A stretch of DNA of 64,000 nucleotides, from assembly GCA_903813345.2 (NCBI GenBank), contig CAIIXF020000001.1, positions 44,020,001 through 44,084,000 of the forward strand, written 5' to 3'. This document shows, in pieces, positions 63,601-64,000 of the stretch; within the stretch, counting starts at the first letter, position 1; each line of letters starts with the position of its first letter. Source of the stretch: Owenia fusiformis. Taxonomy: Eukaryota. Below the pieces are notes generated by a model that saw only the letters and a program-made list of their open reading frames with translations, was not told where the DNA came from and did no database searches. Position numbers and translations under genes: made by a program.

Positions 63601-64000
63601 ACAAATCTTTAGAGATAGTTTGATGTTTTAGTGTGAAAATCAAAATTAGCAAGATAAATGGTACCAATCAAAAACCTGGGGGGGGGTTCACTGTAAACTT
63701 GGAATCACAAATCTTTCCAATGAATCAGATGTATGAAAAAAGCTTGATTGTAGACTATGTTCTCTAAAACATTATACAAATAGGTGATTTACTAATCTTT
63801 AGAGATAGTTTGATATTCATAGAGTGAAAATCAAAATAAGCAAGATAAGTGGTTTTCCCAACCACACAAAAACCTAAGAATCATAAATCTTTCCAATGAA
63901 TCCGATGTATAAAATAAGCTTGATATGAGACTATGTTCTCTAAAAAGTTATACAGGTAACAAAACTTAAAAGGCCGTCAGACTCTTTGTTATTTTAAGAC
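60631..64000. repeat. ~2.05-kb tandem duplication (second unit runs off the window)
   Basis: 60631-61952 is colinear with 62689-64000 (offset ~1970-2060 owing to indels). Each unit has three 31-bp GTCGGCCATTTTGGTCGGATGGCTAATTAAA-type repeats. Confidence 0.9.

Noticed and set aside
55676..64000. Kazrin SAM-domain exons
   Set aside because: No acceptor-bounded frame with a W..V..WL SAM-like motif was found; the region is explained by repeats, so the exons probably lie downstream.
1..64000. Autonomous transposase/RT, rRNA or tRNA genes
   Set aside because: No ORF is long enough or carries DDE/RT/YR motifs, and no recognisable structural-RNA sequence was seen by eye.

Overview
AT-rich animal genomic DNA with long introns; the repeat content and TACATGTA excess suggest an invertebrate, possibly a mollusc (inference). 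The only securely identified gene is a + strand kazrin (KAZN / Liprin-gamma-type) orthologue. I can splice 8 phase-compatible GT-AG coding exons (38828-55675, 516 codons + 1 nt) that encode the coiled-coil half and stop just before the expected SAM domains, which are not found in this window. A compact bidirectional promoter-like block at ~32.6-32.76 kb carries inverted ZNF143/Staf-like sites, an E-box and two YY1 motifs. An E2F-CHR-CCAAT module lies at ~31.93-31.98 kb. Together they separate kazrin from a weakly supported spliced minus-strand transcript with candidate exons at 32459+, 25567-25693, ~20.3 kb and 12821-12865. The rest is intron or intergenic DNA packed with non-autonomous DNA transposons (hAT, Tc1/mariner, Sola-like, TTAA, Harbinger/Zator-like, Helentron/HINE-like, Crypton-like hairpin elements), a 3.1-kb 32-bp minisatellite and a ~2.05-kb tandem duplication. 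The most striking sequence-level observation is two unrelated foldback MITEs with 5'-CAC termini and 5-bp TSDs, the Transib/RAG-like signature. One of them has heptamer-22 nt-nonamer RSS-like ends. No CRISPR array, rRNA, tRNA or transposase ORF was recognised.
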